IMG/VR virus record: IMGVR_UViG_3300035501_000471
Origin: a virus
Taxonomy: Duplodnaviria; Caudoviricetes
Strand: one strand, 5' to 3'
Length of the DNA: 64,000 nucleotides
Shown here: piece by piece, positions 1 through 10,951 of the stretch
How positions within the stretch are numbered: position 1 is the stretch's first letter
Layout of the letters: every line of letters starts with the position of its first letter
Notes under the pieces: generated by a model
Told to the model about the DNA's origin: nothing
Seen by the model: the letters and a program-made list of their open reading frames with translations, nothing else
Database searches by the model: none
Program-made: the position numbers and the translations under genes

Positions 1-397
1 AAAAGTTTGTTCCAAATTTGTTTATGTTAGTTTGTTTGGCTTTCTCTAAGTTGTAATAATTTCCATCACCATATTTTTCTAATTTAGTCTGGAAAACTTT
101 TTGTTTTTTCTCATCGGAAGAAGAAGCACATGACCACGAACAAAAATCGTCATAACCGATTACCATGTTTCTAAATCTACATCTATTTTTACCACAATGT
201 TTACAGATACCAAGTTTAAGTTCTTTATCATCATGGAAGAAGTGAAATAGTTTTTGGTTGAATTTGAAATTATCCGGAAATGCCCAAAGAGAAACTTCAT
301 CATATACATCAGGAAAATGTTTTTTGAAGTAGTTTTCCTTTGTATAGTTTCCATGACCATTATGTTTCAGATATTCAAATAATTCAGATTTAGTCAT
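1..397 (-). CDS. Homing-endonuclease-like protein, N-terminal part (runs off the window start; missing from the ORF track)
   Basis: Hand translation from ATG at 397 gives MTKSELFEYLKHNGHGNYTKENYFKKHFPDVYDEVSLWAFPDNFKFNQKLFHFFHDDKELKLGICKHCG...FCSWSC...QTKLEKYG. It is paralogous to 2928..4241. CATAAATA lies at 402-409. Confidence 0.8.
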   Translation of the reverse strand, partial: MTKSELFEYLKHNGHGNYTKENYFKKHFPDVYDEVSLWAFPDNFKFNQKLFHFFHDDKELKLGICKHCGKNRCRFRNMVIGYDDFCSWSCASSSDEKKQKVFQTKLEKYGDGNYYNLEKAKQTNINKFGTNF

Positions 398-448
398 AGT
401 ATATTTATGAAAAAACTGGAAATCTGTTACAATTCCCAGTTTTATATT

Positions 449-919
449 TTATTCATTATTAGTTTCATCCTCAGTTTGAATCACCGCATCTTTAGGAAAA
501 TCGAATGTTCCATATTTACGAGGTGGTTTTCTATATGGACAACCATTTACTTCACATCTATACCAGTTAAGTTCAGAGATTATTCTATCTTTTTTGGCAC
601 TTTGAATTTTACAGTTAGAGGTTTCTTCCCAAGCGGACTCTTTAGAATTATAGACTTCGATTAGTTTGTCCTCTTTTTCTTTTAGTTTTTCGTTTAGTTC
701 TGTAATTTGTTGTTTTAAGTTGTCAATTTCCTGAGATTTCACATCGCAGAGTTTTTTCCATTCTTCATTGGTCGAAGATTCGTTTGTAATTTCAGCGGAC
801 TTTACTTCAGCATCCTTTATTTTCCTTTCCTGTTTGAAGTAAAAAATACTTCCAATTCCACCAGCAGATAATAAAGTAATAAGTCCGGTTATTATCATTT
901 GAAGTATTTCCGAAGACAT
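449..919 (-). CDS. Membrane-anchored coiled-coil protein (possible lysis or spanin-like function)
   Basis: N-terminal hydrophobic helix, long coiled coil, C-terminal CxxxxC. Confidence 0.5.
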   Translation of the reverse strand: MSSEILQMIITGLITLLSAGGIGSIFYFKQERKIKDAEVKSAEITNESSTNEEWKKLCDVKSQEIDNLKQQITELNEKLKEKEDKLIEVYNSKESAWEETSNCKIQSAKKDRIISELNWYRCEVNGCPYRKPPRKYGTFDFPKDAVIQTEDETNNE

Positions 920-950
920 TATGTTGTAATTATTGTGTATTTAATCAAAA

Positions 951-978
951 TTGTAGGGGAGTTTAATGTCCCCTACAA
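951..978 (-). terminator. Hairpin after the prohead protease gene
   Basis: TTGTAGGGGA / TCCCCTACAA inverted repeat. Confidence 0.6.
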
Positions 979-986
979 ATGGTATA

Positions 987-2906
987 TTAATATTTTCTCA
1001 TTCTCATTTTGATTTGCTCAGCTAACATTTTGTAATGGTCGTTATTCATTACACTTTCAGACACATTATTTTTATTAGGTTGAGCGGTTACTTTTTCCTC
1101 TACCTTTTGAATTTCTATTTGTTTTTCTCTTAGGTCGCGAGTATTCCAGAAATATTCAGCAGATTGAGGTGTGTTAATTACGAACATCTTTGATTCGGCT
1201 AAGATTTCTTGTTTTCTTTCATCTGACAATTTAGACCATTTTTCTTGTAGTCTATTTGGGATAAAGTTGATAAGTGTGAAATTCTTAGTATCACCGAGTT
1301 TCTTTTTAGATTCTTCAAGTGCTTCAGCTTCGAGTTTCTTAGTTTCCTCATATTGTGTTTTAACGGTTGAAATGAGAGAGTTAAGTTTTTCACTGAGTTC
1401 ACTTTGATATTTCTTAGAATCAAATTTTTCAACGGGTTTCTCAACTGGTTTTTCAGTAGGAGTAACACTTTCCTCGATAGGTTTAGGTGTATCTACTGGT
1501 TTATTGACATTTTCAGTGATATAATTCTTATTTTCGATTACATCATTAAGATTTTCAGCGAGGTAATCTGAATGTTTAATTACATTGTCAATACTTTCAG
1601 CGAGGTAATCTTGATGGTCAACCATTTGATTCATCTTTTCAACAAGATAATCAGTGTGAGCGATTGACTTGTTTTGTTCCTCAGCCAACATATTAGAATA
1701 ATCAATAGACTTATCTAACATTTCAGCAACATAGTTTTGATAACCAATAGTATCATTAAGATTTTCTACAATGTAATCTTGATGGTCAATTATCTTATTC
1801 ATATTCTCAGCAAGATAATTGTTATGACTAATTATCTTATTAGTTTCTTCTGTGATATAGTCTTGATGACTGATAGACTTGTCGAGAGTTTCGGCTAAGT
1901 AATTGACATATTTGGTCAAGTTGTTATACTTTTCTTCCATTGCGGTAGCTTTCTGAACAAGTTCCTCATCTTCAACTGCTGGTTTTACAGATTTAGTCAA
2001 AGTTTTAACTTCTTTAGCAACCATGTCCGCAATCATAGAGTTATCTACATTAGACGCATCAAATGTCATAGTAGGTCTATCATTCTTAATGCTTGTGAGT
2101 TCAGTTTTATAATTAGCTATGGCACTTTGGAGATCAGTAATTATTTCTGACAAATGTTCACTATACTTTTGGAAATCAGAGTAACTAATGAATTGTCCGT
2201 TCTCCATATTATTTGATTTATTTTGTGTATCCATTGTTGTTCCATTATTGGCCACTTCTTCTGTGTTTTTACCAGTTTGAACGGCTCCACTGTTTGAAGT
2301 TAGTTGTCCTCCTTCTTTACCAATTTCAGGTGTCAAATCTGTGTGAGCATCTTCTGACAAATCATAAATAGCCAAGTTATCATCATTAGCAAATCCATAA
2401 CTTTCATTCACTCTTGTTAAAGTCGCATTGGCAAAACCGGGTTCAGCGACCAAATCATAAGTAAATAATTGTTGAAGTCTTACTTTACCTGATTCATCAA
2501 CTGTTCCGGCGGCTCTTGAACTGATATGTAAGGGAATACCATCTTTAACGAGTGCTTGAGCTTCTTTACCTTTTGATGTATTTAACAATCTAACTTTACC
2601 AATGATTGCGTTTTGTTGGGGATCAAATTCCAACTTTTCAATTACGTGTGATACGTTAGCTAATGTTGTTTCAAAAGAATGTGGGTGGTCTAATTCACCG
2701 AGTAAAGAACCTGAATTAATTTGTTCCTTCAAAGACTCTACATGAGGTAGAAAGTCTGCACTCTCATAAATTCGACCATTTCTATTTTTGGTGTTGAAAG
2801 TGGTGAACAAACCTGTTAATATGATAGAATCATTGTCTTTATCTTGTTCAAAATTTAGATTTGAACTACAATGTTCAACTATTAATAGTTTCTTATTTTC
2901 TTTCAT
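987..2906 (-). CDS. Prohead protease (T4 gp21-like) fused to a scaffold-like coiled-coil region
   Basis: KNRNGRIY, GELDHP, ISSRAAG and YDLVAEPG motifs of the gp21 family; C-terminal 14-residue DYxxExxNKxIxHx repeats. Confidence 0.88.
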   Translation of the reverse strand: MKENKKLLIVEHCSSNLNFEQDKDNDSIILTGLFTTFNTKNRNGRIYESADFLPHVESLKEQINSGSLLGELDHPHSFETTLANVSHVIEKLEFDPQQNAIIGKVRLLNTSKGKEAQALVKDGIPLHISSRAAGTVDESGKVRLQQLFTYDLVAEPGFANATLTRVNESYGFANDDNLAIYDLSEDAHTDLTPEIGKEGGQLTSNSGAVQTGKNTEEVANNGTTMDTQNKSNNMENGQFISYSDFQKYSEHLSEIITDLQSAIANYKTELTSIKNDRPTMTFDASNVDNSMIADMVAKEVKTLTKSVKPAVEDEELVQKATAMEEKYNNLTKYVNYLAETLDKSISHQDYITEETNKIISHNNYLAENMNKIIDHQDYIVENLNDTIGYQNYVAEMLDKSIDYSNMLAEEQNKSIAHTDYLVEKMNQMVDHQDYLAESIDNVIKHSDYLAENLNDVIENKNYITENVNKPVDTPKPIEESVTPTEKPVEKPVEKFDSKKYQSELSEKLNSLISTVKTQYEETKKLEAEALEESKKKLGDTKNFTLINFIPNRLQEKWSKLSDERKQEILAESKMFVINTPQSAEYFWNTRDLREKQIEIQKVEEKVTAQPNKNNVSESVMNNDHYKMLAEQIKMRMRKY

Positions 2907-2927
2907 CGTAATGTCTATAATATTTAA

Positions 2928-4241
2928 TTATATTGTATTTATGAAATTTATTTTTTCAATTTCTGTGGATGTGAGTATAATCACTTCATTTCTAAGCATA
3001 CATTGATGTTTAGCTTCATAAAGTCCATCTTGATTTCTGTCATATGGATTTATCATCTTACCACCATCAAAAAAATGATTACCTTTCACCTCATATAACT
3101 TTCCTTCAATCAAAAAATCAGGTTTATATATGTGAACTTTGTTGTTAAATTCATACTCAAAATGTATATCGGGTTGGTAGATGTAATTTATGTGATTTAC
3201 AAAACAAAATTCAGCCACCTTTCTTTCCCAAGTCGAATCAAAAGTTTCATGAGTTATATCACTGACAAATCTATGTTTTTTAGATTTATGGTATTCATCA
3301 CTTTTTGTATAGTGATCAACTCCATATTTATTTATACAGGTTTGTTTTGATTTCTCTTGAAAGTCCTTTGTTTGAAAATAACATTCAGTCCCATATTTAT
3401 CAAGATTTGTCTTTTCAATTTTATTTCTATGTTGTTGTTTTTCTTCTTTTGATTTATTAGAAAATGTGTTTGACCTTTTCTGAGCACAGTTTAAGTAGTA
3501 ATTTTCCAGTGAACCATATTTAGAAATGATGTTTTCCATATATGATGACCTTATATCCTCATTGTTTAGTTGACATTCAGTCCCATATTTATCAAGATTT
3601 GTTTGTTTCCTTTTCTCTTTTATTAATTGTTTTTCATCATCAGTTTTAGAATAATATGACTGTGAGATTTTTTGTCCATATTGTGTATAGTAATTTTTCA
3701 ATGAACCATACTTTGAAATTAATGTTTGTTTAGTTTTCTCTATATTTGGTTCTCCTTTACTATTTCTCACTTTATCAGTTTGTCCTATGAAAGATACTCC
3801 ATATAAATCTAAGCATGTCTGTTGTCTTTTTAACTGAGCGATTTCTTTTTCATTATCAGTCATATTTAGTTTTATATCTGACATCTTTTTTGAAAATTCT
3901 TCTTTTTTCTCATCTGACCAATCATTTCTGGTTTTTGATATTTTGTCTTTGACTGACTGACTATTATTTTTACAAGTAGTGGAACAAAATCTATAATAAC
4001 CCTTTGAGAATGATTTATATTGACATCTACTACCACATTGTTCACATTTTCCAAGTTCAAAGTTCAAATCATCATGGAGATAGTGATATAGTTTTTGAGA
4101 GAATGTAAAATTATCCGGATAGTCAAATACCACAAGGTCACTATACAACTCAGGGAAATTAGTTTTTACATATTTCTCATTTGTATAGTGACCTGACCTA
4201 TTATTAGTTTCGCACAATTTTATGTAATCGAGTTTTTTCAT
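2928..4241 (-). CDS. Homing-endonuclease-like protein (Zn ribbon, KQTxLxKYG repeats, PD-(D/E)xK nuclease)
   Basis: CEQCG..FCSTTC, repeated QTNLDKYGTEC, C-terminal YKPDFLIEGKLYEVKG; lies between portal and protease genes. Confidence 0.75.
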   Translation of the reverse strand: MKKLDYIKLCETNNRSGHYTNEKYVKTNFPELYSDLVVFDYPDNFTFSQKLYHYLHDDLNFELGKCEQCGSRCQYKSFSKGYYRFCSTTCKNNSQSVKDKISKTRNDWSDEKKEEFSKKMSDIKLNMTDNEKEIAQLKRQQTCLDLYGVSFIGQTDKVRNSKGEPNIEKTKQTLISKYGSLKNYYTQYGQKISQSYYSKTDDEKQLIKEKRKQTNLDKYGTECQLNNEDIRSSYMENIISKYGSLENYYLNCAQKRSNTFSNKSKEEKQQHRNKIEKTNLDKYGTECYFQTKDFQEKSKQTCINKYGVDHYTKSDEYHKSKKHRFVSDITHETFDSTWERKVAEFCFVNHINYIYQPDIHFEYEFNNKVHIYKPDFLIEGKLYEVKGNHFFDGGKMINPYDRNQDGLYEAKHQCMLRNEVIILTSTEIEKINFINTI

Positions 4242-5944
4242 TATAATCCTGCTAATGGACTACCTCCTCCATCATCATCACCTCCATCATCATCTTCCTT
4301 TTTCTTTTCGGGTTTGAATTTGTCTTTGGGTACACCATTCAATATCTGAGCGATGTCTTCTTGTTTATACCCTTCTTTCTTCAAGGCCTTTTCATCTTTA
4401 TATCTTTGATTTTGTTTCAATTCCTCATCAGTCATATCAAAGTATTTTCTAATGACGAAATCAATATCAAAATAAGGTGTTTCATTACCCTCATCATCTT
4501 GAACAGTAAGAGTTGACATAATAGATGAAATAAAGTCTGATTGTTTTTGAAGATATTCCATCTGTTTGTTCTTCTCAAATAAAGAGTCAGAGTTATATTC
4601 AAGTCCAAGATTGACACGATAATTAATATCTGTCATAATGAACTTATATTTCAAACACATCTGGATATAAAGAGGTTTGATAAGTATCTCTGCGAAGATT
4701 GATCTTAATCTCTTGATGAATTTAGAGAAACGAATTTCTTCACGAGCGATACCTTCCGCAGACATCGAGTATTGACCTTCACCTTGGTCTTTGTCAAATC
4801 GAGTTAAAGGAATTTTGGAAGCTTGCCTTAGTTTATCTCTAAAATATTTCAATGCTTCTGTATCTGAAATCTCCGGACCGTCACCTCCTAATGGTTGGAT
4901 TTGAGGAGTTTCACCACCTTCAGAAGCCATGAAAATATCTTTATAGAATTGAAGCATTGGTCTACCATTGGTTTTAATTTCACCACTGTCCCAATCGAAA
5001 TCAACCAATTCCTTATAGTTATTCATGGCCTTCGCTAATGTTTGACGACCTCTTGGAGATTGAACTGAACCAACAGGAATGATGTACTGTGTCTTATATG
5101 ATGAATTAGTAACAGCCCAAATTATTCTTGTGGCTTCCATTGTTCTAAGGATGTTAAATGAACGAACAAGTCTTTCAACATAAGAAATCCTTGAAACTGC
5201 GTCAGCCTTTGCATATGACAGGTAAATAATTTGAGAATCATATAATATTCTATCTTGTGTTGTTTGACCATTCACATTTGTCTGTTGATTGACAAACCAC
5301 ACCTTTTCATTAGTGTTAGGATCAATACCCGGTGTCAAACTTGCAGGGTCTAATTCAACAAAACCAATTATCTCAGTTTGTTCCGCATTATACACAATTT
5401 CAAAAGCCAAGAAACCATCTATCAACCATTTACGGAAATAATCAGTAGCTTGAACAGTGTCATAAAAACCAAAGTAATTATACAACTTATTATATTCTTC
5501 CGTAAATTCATTCAAAAGGTCTTGGTCAACTTTGTAATTTAACTTAACTGTGGCGAATTTGTTAGCATCATCAAACACAATAGTTTCATCACATATAATG
5601 TCCAAGATTTCTTCAATTTCATCTTGAAGAGCAAACTTTCTTAGTTGTTCTTTTTTCTTTTGATAATTTTCTTCAGTTAAATTAAAATAACCCTTACCTA
5701 AAGATGGATCAGTAGATGACATACGGGCAAACAAAACCTGAACATTCTCATCATAAATCGAACCCACTTGTCCATTTTGAGGATTGGATTGTAGGTTCTG
5801 TTGATTCAATGTCAAGTCCTGTGACCTTACATTTCTAATCACATCATCCTTGTAGTTCATTCCAAATCGTGAAATCTGTCTTAACCTACGGATTACTGGA
5901 TTAGGATTATTTACATTATTTCTTAAATTTGTAAAACCTGCCAT
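4241..5944 (-). CDS. Portal vertex protein (T4 gp20-like)
   Basis: FRKWLIDG, SYVERLVRSFNILRTMEA, YFRDKLRQASKIP and IAREEIRFSKFIKRLR are typical of gp20. Confidence 0.92.
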   Translation of the reverse strand: MAGFTNLRNNVNNPNPVIRRLRQISRFGMNYKDDVIRNVRSQDLTLNQQNLQSNPQNGQVGSIYDENVQVLFARMSSTDPSLGKGYFNLTEENYQKKKEQLRKFALQDEIEEILDIICDETIVFDDANKFATVKLNYKVDQDLLNEFTEEYNKLYNYFGFYDTVQATDYFRKWLIDGFLAFEIVYNAEQTEIIGFVELDPASLTPGIDPNTNEKVWFVNQQTNVNGQTTQDRILYDSQIIYLSYAKADAVSRISYVERLVRSFNILRTMEATRIIWAVTNSSYKTQYIIPVGSVQSPRGRQTLAKAMNNYKELVDFDWDSGEIKTNGRPMLQFYKDIFMASEGGETPQIQPLGGDGPEISDTEALKYFRDKLRQASKIPLTRFDKDQGEGQYSMSAEGIAREEIRFSKFIKRLRSIFAEILIKPLYIQMCLKYKFIMTDINYRVNLGLEYNSDSLFEKNKQMEYLQKQSDFISSIMSTLTVQDDEGNETPYFDIDFVIRKYFDMTDEELKQNQRYKDEKALKKEGYKQEDIAQILNGVPKDKFKPEKKKEDDDGGDDDGGGSPLAGL

Positions 5945-5946
5945 GT

Positions 5947-6276
5947 TTAAGTAGTTTTCTTAAGTCCATAACGAGACAACAACAAATTATCAATAGTTGT
6001 TAGATTGTCTGTTGATAGTATAGATGTATATTTAGTATCCAACACTCTTAAAACTTCTTTATTAATAAGTGGTGTCAAAGTCAATCTGTCAGCCTTCTTA
6101 TTATAGTTAGTTTCCAGTGTTGATAATCGTTTTTTAATTGCGGTGATTTCATCCTCAACCTTGTCATTGTTGTTATTGTATATCTCAACAAATGCAGATA
6201 TATTGGTTGTACCTGATATCTTTTCACAAATTGCCATGTAAAAAAAATTATTGTTTGTATCCAATGTATGAAGCAA
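5947..6276 (-). CDS. Hypothetical protein in the head gene cluster
   Basis: Compact ORF abutting the portal gene; true start may be the MAICEK methionine. Confidence 0.5.
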   Translation of the reverse strand: MLHTLDTNNNFFYMAICEKISGTTNISAFVEIYNNNNDKVEDEITAIKKRLSTLETNYNKKADRLTLTPLINKEVLRVLDTKYTSILSTDNLTTIDNLLLSRYGLKKTT

Positions 6277-6529
6277 CCATTGTAGTAAACATTCTACTGG
6301 TTAACAGATTATATAAAATTCCACTGTTTACCCCAAGTGCTTTACAAATTGCCTTTCCAATAGTCGGTCCAACGGTTACACCAGTCAAACCTCCTAATAC
6401 TGTGCCAAGAATACCTTCATCAATTTCTTCCCCTTTCTTTTCGAGTAATAATTGACAAAGTTTATCTGACATCTCATTTACTTTTTCTTCATCAATGTTT
6501 CCAAAATATTCTTCTGAAACTTTCTTCAT
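6248..6529 (-). CDS. Small putative head protein with a glycine-zipper-like segment
   Basis: Late promoter at 6556-6563; IDE|G prohead-protease-like site; GTVLGGLTG segment. Confidence 0.55.
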   Translation of the reverse strand: MKKVSEEYFGNIDEEKVNEMSDKLCQLLLEKKGEEIDEGILGTVLGGLTGVTVGPTIGKAICKALGVNSGILYNLLTSRMFTTMVASYIGYKQ

Positions 6530-6558
6530 AACATCTAATGATTATACATATAAGATAT

Positions 6559-7809
6559 TTATGATTTTTTTCTAAGTCTCATTTGTCCAGAAGTCCAACA
6601 ATCAAAACCAAATTTATTGTCATGTCTGGTAGGTTCGATTAATGAAATAACCTCATAACCATTGTTTATGTAGTTGTTAACCATAGTTGTATCTAAATCA
6701 ATTACAACTTCAGGATTATCTTCAATTACCGTATTTTCATTATAAATTTTTTGTAATATGATTTGTTTCATTTCATCCTGTCTATCCTGCCAGTCATCCT
6801 CCCATATTTGTATTAATTGAATCCCTTTTAACCAACAACTTAAAAACTTAGATTGATGATATGTCCTGTCTTTGAAAATTGAACTGTGCCAATAAATTCC
6901 ATTAAACTCAAAACCTAAATGTAAATCAGGTAAGTAAATATCTATCTCTTTTCCATCTAAAATTGTTCTATCATTTTCAACTATTTCACCATTATAATTA
7001 TCTCTTATAAATTGATACATTGACCTTTCTTTTGATGATATAAGTGACCTATATTTAGTTCTTATTGTACAAATATCAATATTACGACTGTTTCTACCTG
7101 AAAATGTTATCTTATCTATTTCAAATTGTTTTTCTTTACATAGATTACATGATTCATCCGGACATTTACAAACAAAACTATTATCTCTTATCTCAATTAT
7201 ATTTGGATGACGTTTTAAAAGACTATCATAGAATTTTTTTCGTATCATTTCTTTCACCTCTCTATCTTGAAATGAATTAATGATATCTCCACCATATTTA
7301 GACATACAATATTCCTTATAATACTCTTGATATTGCTGACTTTGAGTGAACCAATCATGTCCAAACTTTTCTTGATTTGTTTGAATTACTTGTTGTTTCC
7401 ATTTGTCAGTTTGTGAATATCGTTTGACTCCATATCTGTCTAAAAATGTCTGTTTAACTTTCTGTTGTATTTTGTCTTTTTCACTTTTAGATTTTGGATT
7501 TGACTTTATCTTATTATTATGGTTTTTTATCATCGCAGGACAATTACTTCTACAAAATTGGTTATATCCAAACTTAAAATTTCTGAATTTCAATTTTCCA
7601 CCACATCCACAAATTCTTTCATCATAATCATCCCTTAAAAAATGCCACAGTTTTTGTTTGAAGTCAATTATAGAATCTGGAAATTTAACCATCATCATTT
7701 CTTCATATGTATCAGGGAACATTTTTTTGAAGTATTTTTCAATAACTAATCTTCCACAATACTCTTTATTATGTACATTGATAAAAGTCAAAATATCTTT
7801 CTTATCCAT
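6559..7809 (-). CDS. Homing-endonuclease-like protein (Vsr/DUF559-type C-terminal nuclease)
   Basis: N-terminus shared with 2928..4241; C-terminal EIDIYLPDLHLGFEFNGIYWH...IQIWEDDW. Confidence 0.75.
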   Translation of the reverse strand: MDKKDILTFINVHNKEYCGRLVIEKYFKKMFPDTYEEMMMVKFPDSIIDFKQKLWHFLRDDYDERICGCGGKLKFRNFKFGYNQFCRSNCPAMIKNHNNKIKSNPKSKSEKDKIQQKVKQTFLDRYGVKRYSQTDKWKQQVIQTNQEKFGHDWFTQSQQYQEYYKEYCMSKYGGDIINSFQDREVKEMIRKKFYDSLLKRHPNIIEIRDNSFVCKCPDESCNLCKEKQFEIDKITFSGRNSRNIDICTIRTKYRSLISSKERSMYQFIRDNYNGEIVENDRTILDGKEIDIYLPDLHLGFEFNGIYWHSSIFKDRTYHQSKFLSCWLKGIQLIQIWEDDWQDRQDEMKQIILQKIYNENTVIEDNPEVVIDLDTTMVNNYINNGYEVISLIEPTRHDNKFGFDCWTSGQMRLRKKS

Positions 7810-7876
7810 ATAATAAAAATAACAAATGGCTGAGAACCATTAAATTCCCAGCCATTATATATAATATGTGTTAAAA

Positions 7877-10800
7877 TTATTCAAAACTTCCGGCTGCGAT
7901 TGAACCAGTCTTTAATACTGTCAATCTTTGTGCCAAAATTTCCATGCCTCGTACAGGTTCAATGTAAATATCTATAATACCCATGTTATTATCGATCACT
8001 TCCGAAGTATTATTGGTAGTATCCATAACAGTCTTATAGTCATATACACCATTGTTATTTTTAACTGTTTCAAGGAAGTCATCAACTAATGTCTTAATTT
8101 CAAGTCGAGATTGTGCAGTATTATATTCAAATACATATTTTCTCAAGATTGTTTCAACATTGTCTTGAATATAAATACAAGCTTCTCTAACATGAATAGA
8201 ACTTAAAGCTGACTTAGGACTTTGTTTAGCGGTCTTGTTAGCATATACTTCAACACCAACACCATTTTCCCAGATGATTGAATTGATACCAACGGGTTCC
8301 AAGTAATCTCTGTTTTCATGGATAAGAGTTGCTTCTACACCTACAACTTGGTTTCCTGAAATGACACCACGTTTTTGACCAGCTACTATTGCCCATGCTT
8401 GTGAATTACTATATTTTTGGATATATAGATTTGATACATAAGCGGCGGGTGGAACAGTCTTAACAGCAGACAAATCAGAAATCTTCAAATAAGGATAGTA
8501 ATAAGCACCCCAAGAAGCTCCATTTTCAAGTTTAGGTAATGAATATAAGAATGTAGGATTCTTAGATGCATCACCTCCGTCGGCGATATATTCAACATCT
8601 ACACTACCAACCTTATTGATGAATGAAGGATCTGTTGATTTCTTAAAGTCAGCTTGTGAAGGACAGTTAATGATGGCCAATGCTGATTTTCTACCCTGAC
8701 AAAGTAAAGTATATACACTCTTACATTCTTCTTCAAGACCATAACCAAAGGTATCTACTAAGTATCTCCATTGAATATAATCTCTGTCACAAAGTGATTT
8801 ATAAAGATTTGAGGTAGTTGAATCATAGAGAGGTTCTTCTCTCAACATATCAAGGATTTCATTTTGACGTTCATTTGTTCCATTAGGACAAGCATCTTTT
8901 CTAATTGATAGACCTTTCAAACAAGTCCATTGGAATCTGTCAGCGATTTTATCAACAGGTGTAATCTTAACAATGAAATTATTGTCATAACCATGTGCTT
9001 TGTAAATCTTATCGGCACAGATAACTCTTAAACCTGCGAACTTACCATCCTTATCATATACCTTACGTGTTTCAACAACTCTGGTAACTCTTGAATATTT
9101 ACCATTAACAGTAGGTGTAAAGTCATCACCATTATCAGAATTCGTATCAGAACTTACAACATCACCATCTTCAGTGGTTGTTGTATATCCATTTCCATAA
9201 TAAGATACAAGATAATCACCAGCGATAATATTTGCGTCAGTAGAAAGAATTACTTCATTATCTTTTGTGACATATATATTATCCGCATTTCCATCTTTAG
9301 AAGTATAGAAAATGTCATCAGATACTACAATTTCAGACCAAATTTTATTTGCTTCTGTAAATGAAATTATAGACCAACTATAAGCTCCAGAGGCATCTGT
9401 TGTAACTGATACAGTTGTCTCTCCACTGTCAGTTTTAATAGTTTTTGATCCAGTACCACTACAATCAGCATATACCTTTACATTATTACTTGTAACATAA
9501 GTTGTATTTGTATATAATATATCAGTATTGTCTATATGATTATCATTATCTGGATATGTACGATACCAAGCAAAAGGATAAGGACAACCTTCTGTATCAT
9601 GGTCATCTAATGTTGATGAAGCTCTTGTGTAATATCTCGTGTCATATATATACCCAACTTTTGTATCACTAGATTTCTCGGCAAACTGAATTGCGATTAC
9701 TTGACTAACATCATTATATGTGTACTTATATGACAAGAAATCAAAACTTAAATTTCCTAAATCATTAGCATTGTTGGATATATTATCAATATGATTAATA
9801 ATATTTGCATATGTGTTATGACCAATTAAGTCAACTCTTTCATTGATTACATCAGCATCAAGGTCAACACTTTCAATTTTATTAACATTTTCAGCACATA
9901 CAAGTCCGATAGTGTCAGTGTCATCATTTACTTGTTTTACAATCCAGATATTCTTACCCAATTTGTCAACAAAGTTAGGGATTAATGAACCTACATACTT
10001 AGCCAACAAATTCACAGATGACAAATTCAAAAATTTAGTCAACTTAGAATCCATTGTTTGAGAATCACTATCTCTACGTTTGAAACCGTTTTCATCAAAA
10101 TAATCTTGATAATTAATATCTGATTGGAATCTTTGATAAGGATTTGATGATGATGTGTAGTATGTTAGAATTTCATTACCTGAACCTCCATTATCAGAAT
10201 TATCATCATCTAAATTGACAGATGAAGTTACGTTTGTACCTGTTAATGAGGGACCGAAATCACCTTGAACAACATATACTTCAACCATATAATCACTTAC
10301 ATATGAAGTTGAATTTAGGTATTCAGGAACATCACCTTCACCATACCATTCGGCAAGTGTTAAGTTATAACCTTTTACACTATTATCACTTGCTTTCTTT
10401 ACTAATATTGAAATAGGTTTCTTACCAACATTAGTGAAACTTAAAATACCATCACTATAATTATATGATGTTTCAGTATCTATATTTAGTCCATTACCTA
10501 AATACATATCAATTCCATTAAGAAGTGATTCATCATCAATATACCAGAATTTATCAGTATTATAAACACCAGTTACAGGTAAAGTAATCTTCTTTTTATT
10601 ATCAGAAACTGTATTAACTGAAAATACTTGTGTCTGAATTTGGTCTTTATCTGGATCAAGATTTAATAGGTTCAAACAGAGAATAGGTGATGTGTTCAAT
10701 GCCACTAAAGCACTTCTGTGAAAGTATGAACCTTTCTTCTCTAACGAACGATCGATGTTACCATAAAGTTTGATGAACTGTGATGCACTCGTTACTAACT

Positions 10801-10951
10801 TTGGTGTATTGAATGGACCGATTTTACTGAAACCTACTACCAATCGAAGATTAGAATACGATGTGGTGTCATTTGAAATCGTAGACAGGTCTCTCTCAAA
10901 ACGATATGTTCCTGCTGATCTCAAATTCAAAAGTTCGGAATCTAAAGCCAT
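7877..10951 (-). CDS. Tail sheath protein (T4 gp18-like) with large insertions
   Basis: VVGFSKIGPFNTP, VPPAAYV, AGQKRGV, INSI..., FEYNT and DIYIEPVR motifs. Confidence 0.92.
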   Translation of the reverse strand: MALDSELLNLRSAGTYRFERDLSTISNDTTSYSNLRLVVGFSKIGPFNTPKLVTSASQFIKLYGNIDRSLEKKGSYFHRSALVALNTSPILCLNLLNLDPDKDQIQTQVFSVNTVSDNKKKITLPVTGVYNTDKFWYIDDESLLNGIDMYLGNGLNIDTETSYNYSDGILSFTNVGKKPISILVKKASDNSVKGYNLTLAEWYGEGDVPEYLNSTSYVSDYMVEVYVVQGDFGPSLTGTNVTSSVNLDDDNSDNGGSGNEILTYYTSSSNPYQRFQSDINYQDYFDENGFKRRDSDSQTMDSKLTKFLNLSSVNLLAKYVGSLIPNFVDKLGKNIWIVKQVNDDTDTIGLVCAENVNKIESVDLDADVINERVDLIGHNTYANIINHIDNISNNANDLGNLSFDFLSYKYTYNDVSQVIAIQFAEKSSDTKVGYIYDTRYYTRASSTLDDHDTEGCPYPFAWYRTYPDNDNHIDNTDILYTNTTYVTSNNVKVYADCSGTGSKTIKTDSGETTVSVTTDASGAYSWSIISFTEANKIWSEIVVSDDIFYTSKDGNADNIYVTKDNEVILSTDANIIAGDYLVSYYGNGYTTTTEDGDVVSSDTNSDNGDDFTPTVNGKYSRVTRVVETRKVYDKDGKFAGLRVICADKIYKAHGYDNNFIVKITPVDKIADRFQWTCLKGLSIRKDACPNGTNERQNEILDMLREEPLYDSTTSNLYKSLCDRDYIQWRYLVDTFGYGLEEECKSVYTLLCQGRKSALAIINCPSQADFKKSTDPSFINKVGSVDVEYIADGGDASKNPTFLYSLPKLENGASWGAYYYPYLKISDLSAVKTVPPAAYVSNLYIQKYSNSQAWAIVAGQKRGVISGNQVVGVEATLIHENRDYLEPVGINSIIWENGVGVEVYANKTAKQSPKSALSSIHVREACIYIQDNVETILRKYVFEYNTAQSRLEIKTLVDDFLETVKNNNGVYDYKTVMDTTNNTSEVIDNNMGIIDIYIEPVRGMEILAQRLTVLKTGSIAAGSFE

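Noticed and set aside
160-664. ORF-track calls 160..360(-) and 407..664(+)
   Set aside because: They are off-frame or antisense to better supported genes (1..397 and 449..919).
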